Shown one piece after another: positions 1-8,996 of a DNA stretch of 64,000 nucleotides (positions within the stretch are counted from its first letter, which is position 1; each line of letters begins with the position of its first letter). The stretch is from an uncultured archaeon (GTDB lineage Archaea; Nanobdellota; Nanobdellia; Pacearchaeales; GW2011-AR1): positions 16,161 to 80,160 of the forward strand of contig CABMGE010000027.1 of assembly GCA_902385625.1 (NCBI GenBank), written 5' to 3'. The notes under the pieces were generated by a model. It was given only the letters and a program-made list of their open reading frames with translations. It was not told the DNA's origin and searched no databases. The position numbers and the translations under genes are program-made.

Positions 1-1
1 A

Positions 2-802
2 AGGCACTTTGTAAATCAGTCAACAGATTATGCCAAAAATATCTGGTTGGAAATGGGATTCAAGGAAATGACTGGAAATCTTGCAGTATCAGGATTTTGG
101 AATTTTGATGCTTTATTCACAGCACAAGATCATCCAGTAAGAGAAATGCAGGATACATTTTTTATATCCAACAAAAAAGCAAAACTTCCTGATAAAAAAT
201 TAGTTGATGAAATTAAAAAAGCTCATGAAGGAAAAATAAAAGGAAGTCGGGGATGGCAATATGAATGGAATGAAGCTGATGCAAAAAAAGTCTTGTTAAG
301 AACTCATACAACATGCATATCTGCACAAACATTAAAAAAAATTGCCGAGAATAAAGAGTTTCCAGCAAAGTATTTTGCACTTGGAAAATGTTTTAGAAAT
401 GAAACAATTGATGCAACACATGGATTCCAGTTCAACCAAACAGAAGGAATTGTAGTTGATGAAAATGCAAATTTTAGGCAACTTCTAGGTTATTTAATTG
501 AATTCTTCAAAAAAATGGGATATGAAAAAATACGTATACGACCAAGTTATTTCCCATATACAGAACCCAGCCTTGAAATTGATGTCTATCACCCTGTATT
601 TAAAAAATGGTTTGAACTTGGAGGAGCAGGAATGTTTAGGCCAGAAGTTACTATTCCATTCTTTGGAAAGCATGTTCCAGTTCTTGCATGGGGACCTGGA
701 TTTGACAGGATAATTATGGAATTTTTTAATATAACTGACTTTCGGGATATCTATGGAAATGATATAACTAAACTTAGAGAGACTAAATTTTGGAGCAAAT
801 AA
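2..802 (+). CDS. pheS: Phenylalanine--tRNA ligase alpha subunit (5'-truncated by window edge)
   Basis: WNFDALFTAQDHPVRE, LLRTHTT, FRNETIDATH, YFPYTEPS, ELGGAGMFRPEV motifs; frame stays open back to position 2. Confidence 0.97.
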   Translation, partial: RHFVNQSTDYAKNIWLEMGFKEMTGNLAVSGFWNFDALFTAQDHPVREMQDTFFISNKKAKLPDKKLVDEIKKAHEGKIKGSRGWQYEWNEADAKKVLLRTHTTCISAQTLKKIAENKEFPAKYFALGKCFRNETIDATHGFQFNQTEGIVVDENANFRQLLGYLIEFFKKMGYEKIRIRPSYFPYTEPSLEIDVYHPVFKKWFELGGAGMFRPEVTIPFFGKHVPVLAWGPGFDRIIMEFFNITDFRDIYGNDITKLRETKFWSK

Positions 803-1065
803 TGGTAGAAATAAAGAAAAAAGTTTGGCCAGAATACTTCCAATTAATACTCAATGGAAAAAAGAATGTAGAAGTAAGGCTAGCAGATTTTAATATAAAA
901 GAAGGAGACATATTAATACTCGAAGAGTTTGATCCTGAAACAGATACTTATACTGGAAGGAAAATAAGAAAAACTGCAAAAGAAATAATAAAATTTAATC
1001 CAACTAGAATGCATCGCACAGAAGAAATAAAAAAATTCGGATTTTATATAATCGAAATGGAGTAA
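802..1065 (+). CDS. ASCH/PUA-like (DUF3850-type) domain protein
   Basis: KVWPEYFQLILNGKKNVEVR..D....GD.L.L.E.D.....YTGR pattern; ATG at 802 overlaps the pheS stop (TAATG). Confidence 0.8.
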   Translation: MVEIKKKVWPEYFQLILNGKKNVEVRLADFNIKEGDILILEEFDPETDTYTGRKIRKTAKEIIKFNPTRMHRTEEIKKFGFYIIEME

Positions 1066-1066
1066 A

Positions 1067-2722
1067 ATGACAGTACTAACACTTAATAGAAAAGAACTTG
1101 AAAAAAATATTGGAAAAATAACCAAAGAAGTAGAAGAAAAAATATCAATGTTTGGAACTCCTGTAGAATCACTGACTGAAGAGGAAATTTCAATTGAAAT
1201 ATTTCCAAATAGGCCGGATGTGCTATCACTACAAGGATTCTCAAGAGCATTCCTTGCATTCATGGGTAAAAAACCAGGACTTAGGGAATACAAAGTAGAA
1301 AAACCTGAAAAAGACTATAAAGTAACAATTGACAAAACTGTCAAAAAAGTAAGGCCATATACTGCCTGTGCAATTGTTAAGAATCTGAAACTTACAGAAG
1401 AAAAAATAAAGGAACTGATAGATATCCAGGAAAAACTACATGGAAGCTATGGAAGAAATAGAAAAAAATTGGCAATTGGAATTTATCCATTGGAGCAAAT
1501 AAAACTTCCAATAACATTTCTTGCAAAAAAACCAGAGGAAATAAAATTCCAACCACTTGATTTCCCAAAAGAAATAAATGGAAGACAAATCTTGTCTCAG
1601 CATCCAACAGGAAGAGAATATGCTAGTCTTTTAAAAGAATGTGAAGTATTCCCTGTTTTTGAAGATGGAAATAGTGAAATATTATCCATGCCTCCAATTA
1701 TAAACTCAGATAAAACAGGGAAAATTACAGAAAACACAAAAGAAGTGTTTATTGAATGTTCTGGATTTAATAAAGAGTATCTTGCAAAAACATTAAACAT
1801 GGTTGTTTGTGCACTGTCAGATATTGGAGGAAAAATATATGGAATGGAAATAATAGATAAGGAAAAATATCTATCCCCAAACCTTGAACCTGAAAAACTT
1901 AATTTTTCAATAGAAAATATAAACAAAACACTTGGGCTAAACCTCGCTGAAAAAGAAATAATAAAAAACTTAGAGAAAATGGGAATTGGTTATTTAAAAG
2001 AAAAAGAGCAATCAATTGCACTAATACCTTGTTATAGAACAGATATTCTTCACGAAATAGACTTGTCAGAAGAAGTTGGAATAGCATATGGATATGAAAA
2101 TTTTATTCCAGAAATTCCGCAAATTTCAACAATAGGAGAAGAAGATAAAACATCAGTTCTAAAAAGAAAAATTTCAGAGGCCCTAATAGGACTAGGGTTT
2201 ATTGAAATCTCAACTTACTTTCTTTCAACAAAAGAAAAACAGTTCAAAAATATAGGAATAAAAGATTTCAAAAATGAAATAATAGAAGTACTTGATTCAA
2301 AAACTGAAAATAATATATTAAGAACATCCCTATTATCACAGTCAGTAAATATTTTAAGCCAGAGTTCAGATGCAACTTACCCTCAAAAGCTCTTTGAACT
2401 AGGAAGAATATTTTATAGCGATGAAAAATCAGATACAGGAATAGGCGAAGAAGAGTCTCTTTGCATTTCAATGTGTGATGAAGCAGCAAATTTCACTGAG
2501 ATAAAACAAGCTCTTGACTATCTGATGAGAATGCTCGATATAAAATATGAAATAAGAGAAGCGGAAAATCCTAGTTTTATAACCGGAAGATGTGGAAGCA
2601 TAATTGTAAATAATAAACCAATTGGGATAATAGGGGAAATAGCACCATTTATCTTAAAGAATAATAAAATAAAAATGCCTGTTGCTTCGCTTGAGTTAGA
2701 TATTGAAAACTTGATGAAATAA
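1067..2722 (+). CDS. pheT: Phenylalanine--tRNA ligase beta subunit (archaeal type)
   Basis: PNRPDVLS, QEKLH, LSMPPIINS, RTDILHEIDLSEE motifs; follows pheS. Confidence 0.97.
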   Translation: MTVLTLNRKELEKNIGKITKEVEEKISMFGTPVESLTEEEISIEIFPNRPDVLSLQGFSRAFLAFMGKKPGLREYKVEKPEKDYKVTIDKTVKKVRPYTACAIVKNLKLTEEKIKELIDIQEKLHGSYGRNRKKLAIGIYPLEQIKLPITFLAKKPEEIKFQPLDFPKEINGRQILSQHPTGREYASLLKECEVFPVFEDGNSEILSMPPIINSDKTGKITENTKEVFIECSGFNKEYLAKTLNMVVCALSDIGGKIYGMEIIDKEKYLSPNLEPEKLNFSIENINKTLGLNLAEKEIIKNLEKMGIGYLKEKEQSIALIPCYRTDILHEIDLSEEVGIAYGYENFIPEIPQISTIGEEDKTSVLKRKISEALIGLGFIEISTYFLSTKEKQFKNIGIKDFKNEIIEVLDSKTENNILRTSLLSQSVNILSQSSDATYPQKLFELGRIFYSDEKSDTGIGEEESLCISMCDEAANFTEIKQALDYLMRMLDIKYEIREAENPSFITGRCGSIIVNNKPIGIIGEIAPFILKNNKIKMPVASLELDIENLMK

Positions 2723-2764
2723 TAAGGTCAGATATAAAATTTTTTAGTCTCAAATAGTTATTAT

Positions 2765-2814
2765 CTTATTTTTCTTTATCCCTCCTAATATTGAGAGGGG
2801 TAAATAAAAATAAG
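2765..2814. repeat. Dispersed ~50-bp palindrome, copy 1 (possible bidirectional terminator or REP-like element)
   Basis: cttatttttctttatccctcctaatattgagaggggtaaataaaaataag; imperfect inverted repeat between convergent genes; similar to 18592, 32351, 49405. Confidence 0.75.
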
Positions 2815-2869
2815 TGAGTTCTTATGAGAAGAGGATTCACCAGATTTTAAATCTTAAACAAAAACGGAT

Positions 2870-3361
2870 TTATCCAAAATAACTTCCATTATTCTCTTTT
2901 TTATAATTATTGTCTGAATTTCCAAGCTTTTTAATAACTTCCAAAAATCTGATTCTCACTTGTGAATTAAAAACCTCAAAAGACTTCTTTACAAATTGCG
3001 CTTCCTTTTCTTCAGAATAGTCAAGATCAAGAGTTAACATTTCAAGTTCAAGAGTTCCAAGCATTTCATAAATTTCACTTAAAACTTCCTTGTCTCCGCT
3101 ATCTAGTTTTTTTATTAGTTTAAAGAAAAACATCGGAGCATTACTAGGATTGAGAATAATATCTGCAAATCTAGAGTATCCAGTTATCTTTTCTGCAATC
3201 GTCCTTCTTATTTTTCTTAGCAAAAAATCAGTCTCAGCCTCTGTTTCCTCAATATCAAAAAGTTTGTTTAATTCATAAAACTCTGGGAGTCCATGTTTTA
3301 GCCTAATTTTTTCATACTCTTCCTTGAGTTTGTCTAGATTACAAGAATCATCATTAGTCAT
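2870..3361 (-). CDS. Hypothetical helical protein
   Basis: Open ORF; ATG at 3361 preferred because a TTTATAAA box lies ~25 bp upstream. Confidence 0.7.
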   Translation of the reverse strand: MTNDDSCNLDKLKEEYEKIRLKHGLPEFYELNKLFDIEETEAETDFLLRKIRRTIAEKITGYSRFADIILNPSNAPMFFFKLIKKLDSGDKEVLSEIYEMLGTLELEMLTLDLDYSEEKEAQFVKKSFEVFNSQVRIRFLEVIKKLGNSDNNYKKENNGSYFG

Positions 3362-3583
3362 AATAAAAAACCGTAAAAGATGCTTTATAAACTTTCTCAA
3401 TGTTAAAAAAAGTCAAAGTTTCTGCAGATCTGCCCTTTTTTAAAGTTTTAATTTTTTTAACTCACCGAATTCCAAAAAGTACGAAATTCATAAGATTTAA
3501 ATAATCAAGTCTTTTCTTTTTTATATAATTCAGGTTATTTTTATATCGATAAAAAATAACTTTGAAAAAAATCTACCTCTAAA

Positions 3584-4183
3584 ATGAAAAAAACAAAAAA
3601 TACTGAAAAAGTGAATCTAAAAAAAATTGAAAAAACCTTAATTGAAGTAGGACTAAAAATAGCAAAAAGAGGAGAAGGTGCTTTATTTGTAGTAGGAAAG
3701 GTAGAATATAAACCTCTAGTAGATCAAACAGTGCCTGCATTTGATATAACCAAAAATCCAAAATTACTTGAGTCTCTTGCAATAATGGATGGAGCAGTTA
3801 TAATCGGGAAAGATGGACTCATGGAAGCATATGGTGCAATGATTAAAGCAACCAAAACATTCAAGAATTTTGGAACAAGACATAGTGCTGCATTAAGTGC
3901 TTCAAAAAAAGGAAATATTGTTATAGTTATATCTGAAGAAGATAGAAAAGTTAGAATCTTAAAAAGTGGAAAGATGATAATGCAACTTGATGCACTTCAA
4001 AAAGGAGTTGAGGATTCTGTTCCACATGCAGTAGACATTTTAGAATCAGTTGGAGTAGGAACAATAGGAACTATTGGAACAAGTTTACTAATACCAACAC
4101 TTGGAATAGCATTGGTTCCTGGAATTGTAGTATTTGGAAGTACTTATTATCTTGCAAAAATGTTATCAAAAAAACTCAGATAA
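3584..4183 (+). CDS. Diadenylate cyclase (DisA_N/DAC domain) protein with C-terminal hydrophobic segment
   Basis: GEGALFVVG, MDGAVII, GTRHSAA, VISEED motifs of the DAC domain. Confidence 0.85.
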   Translation: MKKTKNTEKVNLKKIEKTLIEVGLKIAKRGEGALFVVGKVEYKPLVDQTVPAFDITKNPKLLESLAIMDGAVIIGKDGLMEAYGAMIKATKTFKNFGTRHSAALSASKKGNIVIVISEEDRKVRILKSGKMIMQLDALQKGVEDSVPHAVDILESVGVGTIGTIGTSLLIPTLGIALVPGIVVFGSTYYLAKMLSKKLR

Positions 4184-4299
4184 TTCTAGTATTTTCTTAT
4201 TATATTATTGATTTAAATTTTTGTTGTCAAACAAAAAGGTTTATAATAGAGTTTGACTTTATTATTTATAGGATTGTTATTAATAAAAAAGGAGGGAAA

Positions 4300-4518
4300 A
4301 TGGCTAAAAAAATGGCAAAAGTAAGACCTGTTTCAGTTTTAGTTAGTATTGCTGTTTGGCTTACAGGAGTATTAGTTTCTCTGGCAGTAGGGTTTGGAAT
4401 GATTGATCAAATTCTTACAGTTAGGTGGATTCCTGTAATTGTAACAGTTTGGGCAGGATGGGTAGTTGTAATACTAACAGTACTAAGTGTAATACTTGCG
4501 ATAATAGAAAGAATATAA
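4300..4518 (+). CDS. Small two-TM membrane protein
   Basis: Two hydrophobic stretches; GGAGG Shine-Dalgarno just upstream. Confidence 0.75.
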   Translation: MAKKMAKVRPVSVLVSIAVWLTGVLVSLAVGFGMIDQILTVRWIPVIVTVWAGWVVVILTVLSVILAIIERI

Positions 4519-4597
4519 ATAATTTTTTATTTTTTTAATAACCGCAATATTTTTATATGCTTTTTTGTTATAATATCTATAAAAAAGGTGAAATAAT

Positions 4598-4957
4598 ATG
4601 ATAAATTTTATTATAGTAATAATTCTGATAGTAGTTGCAGTAGTTGCAATAAAGATGAATCATCTTAGACATAAGTCTGGAATAGTTGTTCTCATTTTAA
4701 TAGCTCTTTTCTTCTATGTTACAGTAACTTTTGTAACAAATAAAAATAATATTGATCTTACTACTTATGATGGTTTCATGAGTGGAATGAAAGTATATGG
4801 AGGATGGCTTGTAAACGGTTTTCAAAACATAAAATCAATAACAGGAAATGCAGTAAAAATGGATTGGACTGCAACAAATGCAAGCATTTCAGATAACCCT
4901 AAAACCAATTTAAAATCCCCCTCAGCTACAAAGGCAAGTGTGACAGTTCATAAATAA
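4598..4957 (+). CDS. Small membrane protein
   Basis: Two N-terminal hydrophobic segments; AGGTGA Shine-Dalgarno upstream. Confidence 0.7.
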   Translation: MINFIIVIILIVVAVVAIKMNHLRHKSGIVVLILIALFFYVTVTFVTNKNNIDLTTYDGFMSGMKVYGGWLVNGFQNIKSITGNAVKMDWTATNASISDNPKTNLKSPSATKASVTVHK

Positions 4958-5105
4958 TTCTTTTAAAAGTCCTTCTTTATCATTAATAATCAGATTTATT
5001 TGAAATTCATTTTCAAATAAAATAGTATCTTTATCTCAGGAATTATTAATTCCAGATAGAACAGAATGATTAGTTTTTTAAATTAAGATAAATTAAGAGT
5101 TTTAT

Positions 5106-5180
5106 GCCGCAGTAGCTCAGTCTGGCTAGAGCGTTTCATTGGTAATGAAAAGGTCCTGAGTTCGATCCTCAGCTGTGGCT
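5106..5180 (+). tRNA. tRNA-Thr(GGT)
   Basis: Acceptor GCCGCAG/CTGTGGC, anticodon arm TTTCA-TTGGTAA-TGAAA, T loop TTCGATC; no intron; CCA not encoded. Confidence 0.95.
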
Positions 5181-5256
5181 TTTATTTTTTTAGAGTATTA
5201 GACTTCTAAATTCTTAAAAATGGCTTTACAATAGTTTTGCATCTACAAAATAAAAA

Positions 5257-5291
5257 TTGTTTTTAGCTCAATTTATTTGAGATAAAAACAA
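5257..5291. terminator. Hairpin between convergent tRNA-Thr and cupredoxin gene
   Basis: ttgtttttagctcaa-tttat-ttgagataaaaacaa, 15-bp arms with one mismatch. Confidence 0.5.
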
Positions 5292-5330
5292 CAAACTTAA
5301 ACTATTTTATACAAATGTATAAAATATGTC

Positions 5331-5726
5331 TTAAAACGGCTTGACAATAATCTTGCCTTTTTTATAAGAAGGTTTTACACAACCATATTCATAAAGACCA
5401 TTATGATCAAAAGTATAAGTATAATTTTGACCTCTAAATAATTTTATAGGAGCAGTCATATTTAAGGATTCAAAAGAAAGTTCCTGGACATTGGAATCTT
5501 TGTTCTTCCAAATTACAGTATCTCCTCGCGCAATAGTGAGTTCAGGAGGCAAAAATCCAATAGCAGTTATCTCCACTATATAGACCTTTGATTTACATAA
5601 AGCATTATTAACAGTTCCAACAGAAAGAGTTCTCTTACCATTAAGAGTAATTACAAGATATACTGCCATTAATGAAATTAAAATTAAAACTAGTATGCAT
5701 ATAAAAATCCAAGTTCTAGGTTTCAT
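5331..5726 (-). CDS. Membrane-anchored cupredoxin/plastocyanin-fold protein
   Basis: N-terminal TM; GFLPPELTIARGDTVIWKN and YTFDHNGLYEYGC patterns. Confidence 0.75.
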   Translation of the reverse strand: MKPRTWIFICILVLILISLMAVYLVITLNGKRTLSVGTVNNALCKSKVYIVEITAIGFLPPELTIARGDTVIWKNKDSNVQELSFESLNMTAPIKLFRGQNYTYTFDHNGLYEYGCVKPSYKKGKIIVKPF

Positions 5727-5809
5727 ACTTCTTTTATTAATTGTTTAAGACACAGACTAAATAATATAAGCAAAACTCTTTTTAAAGCTTATGAAAATAG
5801 AGCATAAGC

Positions 5810-8056
5810 TTAATTTCTCACAATAGAAAGTATCTGAGCTATTAAATAACCATATCCTTGTTTTTGCAAGAATTGTCTTATTACCTCAGTGGTTGCATAT
5901 CCAGTATTAACTCCGCCACCTATAGAAGTTACTCCAACAAGTCTTCCATTATAAAAAAGACCTCCTCCACTTTCCCCACCAATTACTCCTTCATCATTTT
6001 GAGTCCAGATTCTTCCAGTACCAACCTGAGTAATAAGTGTTTCGGTTTGCTTAAAAGGACCAGCATTAGGACATCCAATTCTTAAGGCATATCCTCCCTC
6101 TTGAGGATCTCGCCCAGCAGAAGCAATAGGAACATAAGAAATCTTATCAATCTTAGTATCAAGCCTAATTAATGAAAGATCCCATCCACTCCCACTTTGA
6201 GAATCACTATAACCTCCAAGAACAGTTCCAGAGTATTTTTTTCCATCAACAAAGTCCGCAGTTACTTTTTGGCCCTGAGTATCTGTAACATGCCCTGCAG
6301 TAAGAATTAAAGGATAACCCTCTTTATCCACTCCAACCACAGTCCCAGAACCTGCAATACCATAACCATCAACATGTAATCTAACACTTGCAAGAGGGGG
6401 ATTTTTTCTTCTTTCTTCTTCTTCAATTCTTAGTCCCTCAACAGTTCTCTGAAGCGCAGCAATTGAATCTTTTCCATCATCCTGACTAATATAATTTGCA
6501 AGCTGTTCTTTAACATTAGAATTTATGCTTTCATCATAAAACTTTTGCTGTTCAGGAGTTAACTGATTAAAAGCAACACTCGAGGACACATAAAAATCAC
6601 CTTTAGCTTTAAAAAAATCCAAAGAACCTTTAAATGTACCCACTGGAACAGATGCATACTGATTACGATTATTTGAATAAACCTCAAAATCCTTTAACTT
6701 GTTCCCTTCATTATCAACAAAAACAATCCTAGAATCAGGAGAAGACTTTCCATATTTAAAATCACTTTCAATTTGTTTTGTAGGATCAAAATAAAGCTCT
6801 CCACCCTCGCCATAAAGACTATTTCTATCAAGAGTCGCAATACTTTCCCCACTTATTTTAATACTTGCAACATTTCCAGTTTCTGCCTTTTCAATAAAAA
6901 CTTTTCCCTTATTTGCCTGTACACTGGCAGTATTTTCAGAAGTTATACCAATTCCATAACGATTAGTTTCTGCAAAAAATACAGCAGGACCTTTTGCATT
7001 AAGTGAGGTAAGAATCATAGTATCTTTTCCATTACTATTCTTTCCAATAAAAATTGAGTCTAAATCCTTACTAATTTTATCTTTATCAAAGACTAAATAA
7101 ACGTCTTTATTGTTTGCATTTTGAATAAAAAAATCGTTTTTTCCCTCGCTATTTTTTATAACTGCATTTTTATCATTAAAATAAAATCCATTATCTTTAA
7201 AATATAAAGTACTAGTACCTCCGTTGGTTTCAAATAAATCACCATTAGGAAGAACAAGTGCTCCTCCGGATTTTGTACTAAATGAAAAAATAGTATCAGA
7301 TTCTGCATCTTCGGTTTTTTTAGGTTCTTCTAGCTTTGTACCATCAGGAATAGTTATCCCTACTTTATTTCCATCTATACTAACTTTTGAATTAGCCGCA
7401 AGTTTATACTTATATCCTCTTAAAACAATATCAGTCTGGCTGTCAACCTCAAAATTAGCATTTATAACTTTGCCTTGGGAGTTTATGTTAAAAGATCCCC
7501 CATCTTTTATATTTGAAAAACTCTGTCTTTTAGAAAGATCTTTTTCAGGATAAAAACTAAAAGATCCTCCTCGAACATCAAGACTAACTTCCCCATTTTC
7601 AAGTTTTAATTGTGTCCCTGATTTAACTTCATGTTTATATCCATTAAGTGGAAAAGTCCAGTCTTCAGAAGCCTTAAAATCTGCTTTAATGAATTTTCCT
7701 TTAGAGTCAAAATAAAACTTTCCACCAGGTTCAACACCTACATTATACGCCCAGTCTTCTCCTGATTTAGATAAAAGTGATCCATCTTTTTTAAATTCAA
7801 CAACAATTCCTGTTCCACTTGAATCGGTTTTTATATTCACATTTTTTGCAGTTCCTATTTCGCTACCAGGATCACTAGAAAGACTTATTGTCTTGTAATT
7901 ATCCCCCAGATCATAACCATTCCCCCCCAAACCTTGGGCTTCAGGATTTCCCTCAATGTAAATACTTGATAATGCAAAAGTAAAACTTATTGTGAATAAA
8001 ATTATTATAAATACCATGAATAAATTCAACTTTAATCTTAAGTTATTCGATTTCAT
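5810..8056 (-). CDS. Large secreted protein with C-terminal trypsin-like serine protease domain
   Basis: Signal peptide; GSGTVV, LTAGHV, DLSLIRL and GGESGGGL catalytic-triad motifs near the C-terminus. Confidence 0.85.
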   Translation of the reverse strand: MKSNNLRLKLNLFMVFIIILFTISFTFALSSIYIEGNPEAQGLGGNGYDLGDNYKTISLSSDPGSEIGTAKNVNIKTDSSGTGIVVEFKKDGSLLSKSGEDWAYNVGVEPGGKFYFDSKGKFIKADFKASEDWTFPLNGYKHEVKSGTQLKLENGEVSLDVRGGSFSFYPEKDLSKRQSFSNIKDGGSFNINSQGKVINANFEVDSQTDIVLRGYKYKLAANSKVSIDGNKVGITIPDGTKLEEPKKTEDAESDTIFSFSTKSGGALVLPNGDLFETNGGTSTLYFKDNGFYFNDKNAVIKNSEGKNDFFIQNANNKDVYLVFDKDKISKDLDSIFIGKNSNGKDTMILTSLNAKGPAVFFAETNRYGIGITSENTASVQANKGKVFIEKAETGNVASIKISGESIATLDRNSLYGEGGELYFDPTKQIESDFKYGKSSPDSRIVFVDNEGNKLKDFEVYSNNRNQYASVPVGTFKGSLDFFKAKGDFYVSSSVAFNQLTPEQQKFYDESINSNVKEQLANYISQDDGKDSIAALQRTVEGLRIEEEERRKNPPLASVRLHVDGYGIAGSGTVVGVDKEGYPLILTAGHVTDTQGQKVTADFVDGKKYSGTVLGGYSDSQSGSGWDLSLIRLDTKIDKISYVPIASAGRDPQEGGYALRIGCPNAGPFKQTETLITQVGTGRIWTQNDEGVIGGESGGGLFYNGRLVGVTSIGGGVNTGYATTEVIRQFLQKQGYGYLIAQILSIVRN

Positions 8057-8059
8057 TAT

Positions 8060-8935
8060 TTAATCATACTTGTTTGCAAAATAAAATAAATAATCTGCAT
8101 TTTTTATTTTTGATTTTTCATCAAGGATTCCAAATACAATTCCTTCTTTTGAGTTAGTCATTTTAATTTTCATATCATATTTATTTGACAAATTAGTAAG
8201 ACAGCTCATGCAAATAGCATCTTGTTTTTCCATTTGCTTAGTCATAAGTTCTGTTATAAGAGAATGAATTTCATTGAGCCTTACCGGAATAACTGCTTCA
8301 AAATCCCGAATAGAATAAGTCTTTTCTCCCTTGGATATTTGTAATGGATAATTAACTAAAAAACTGACTTTTCCATTTTCAATAACTGCAGTTGTCCGAG
8401 CTTCTCCAGAAGTTACATTAAAATCAGGAAAATTTTTAAAATCATTTATGCAAAAATAAATAAAACTATCCATATATTTGGAAAGTTCATCTTCCATATT
8501 TTCTTTAGAAGGCATTAAATTTTCTTTTTCAATTAATTCTTCAGTCGGAGTTGCAGGCCCAGGAAGAGAAGGAACAATAGAAGATGAAGAATCATTAATT
8601 CTATAACCCTTATCATAAAGATAAAATGCAAGACCTTCGTCAGAAATTTCATCAAAATTCATTTTAGGTTCAGGAGGAACAACAAATCCCCCAGTCTTTC
8701 CAATCTGATAAATAGCATCATTCCCAACAGTTCTCACACACTCAGTTACAAAATTGTTTATAGGCTTAATATCTGGATCAATATTGGTTCCGGAAATTAT
8801 AACCTTATTATTAGTAGATCTAAAAGTTAAAAACGTTGCAAGTCCTGCAACTATGAGTATTCCAAGAATAACAAATATAGTTACTTGAGAACGTTTGCAA
8901 TTAAAAACCCCTCTCTTTTTCCAAACCTCTTTCAT
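8060..8935 (-). CDS. Class III signal peptide (archaeal type IV pilin-like) protein
   Basis: KRS|QVTIFVILGILIV N-terminus; paralog of 13843..14667 (IGxxGG, CxxC). Confidence 0.7.
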   Translation of the reverse strand: MKEVWKKRGVFNCKRSQVTIFVILGILIVAGLATFLTFRSTNNKVIISGTNIDPDIKPINNFVTECVRTVGNDAIYQIGKTGGFVVPPEPKMNFDEISDEGLAFYLYDKGYRINDSSSSIVPSLPGPATPTEELIEKENLMPSKENMEDELSKYMDSFIYFCINDFKNFPDFNVTSGEARTTAVIENGKVSFLVNYPLQISKGEKTYSIRDFEAVIPVRLNEIHSLITELMTKQMEKQDAICMSCLTNLSNKYDMKIKMTNSKEGIVFGILDEKSKIKNADYLFYFANKYD

Positions 8936-8996
8936 AAAATAAACAGGAAAATTACATTAATAAATGTTTTGAAAAAATAATTAAGATCAATTAAAA

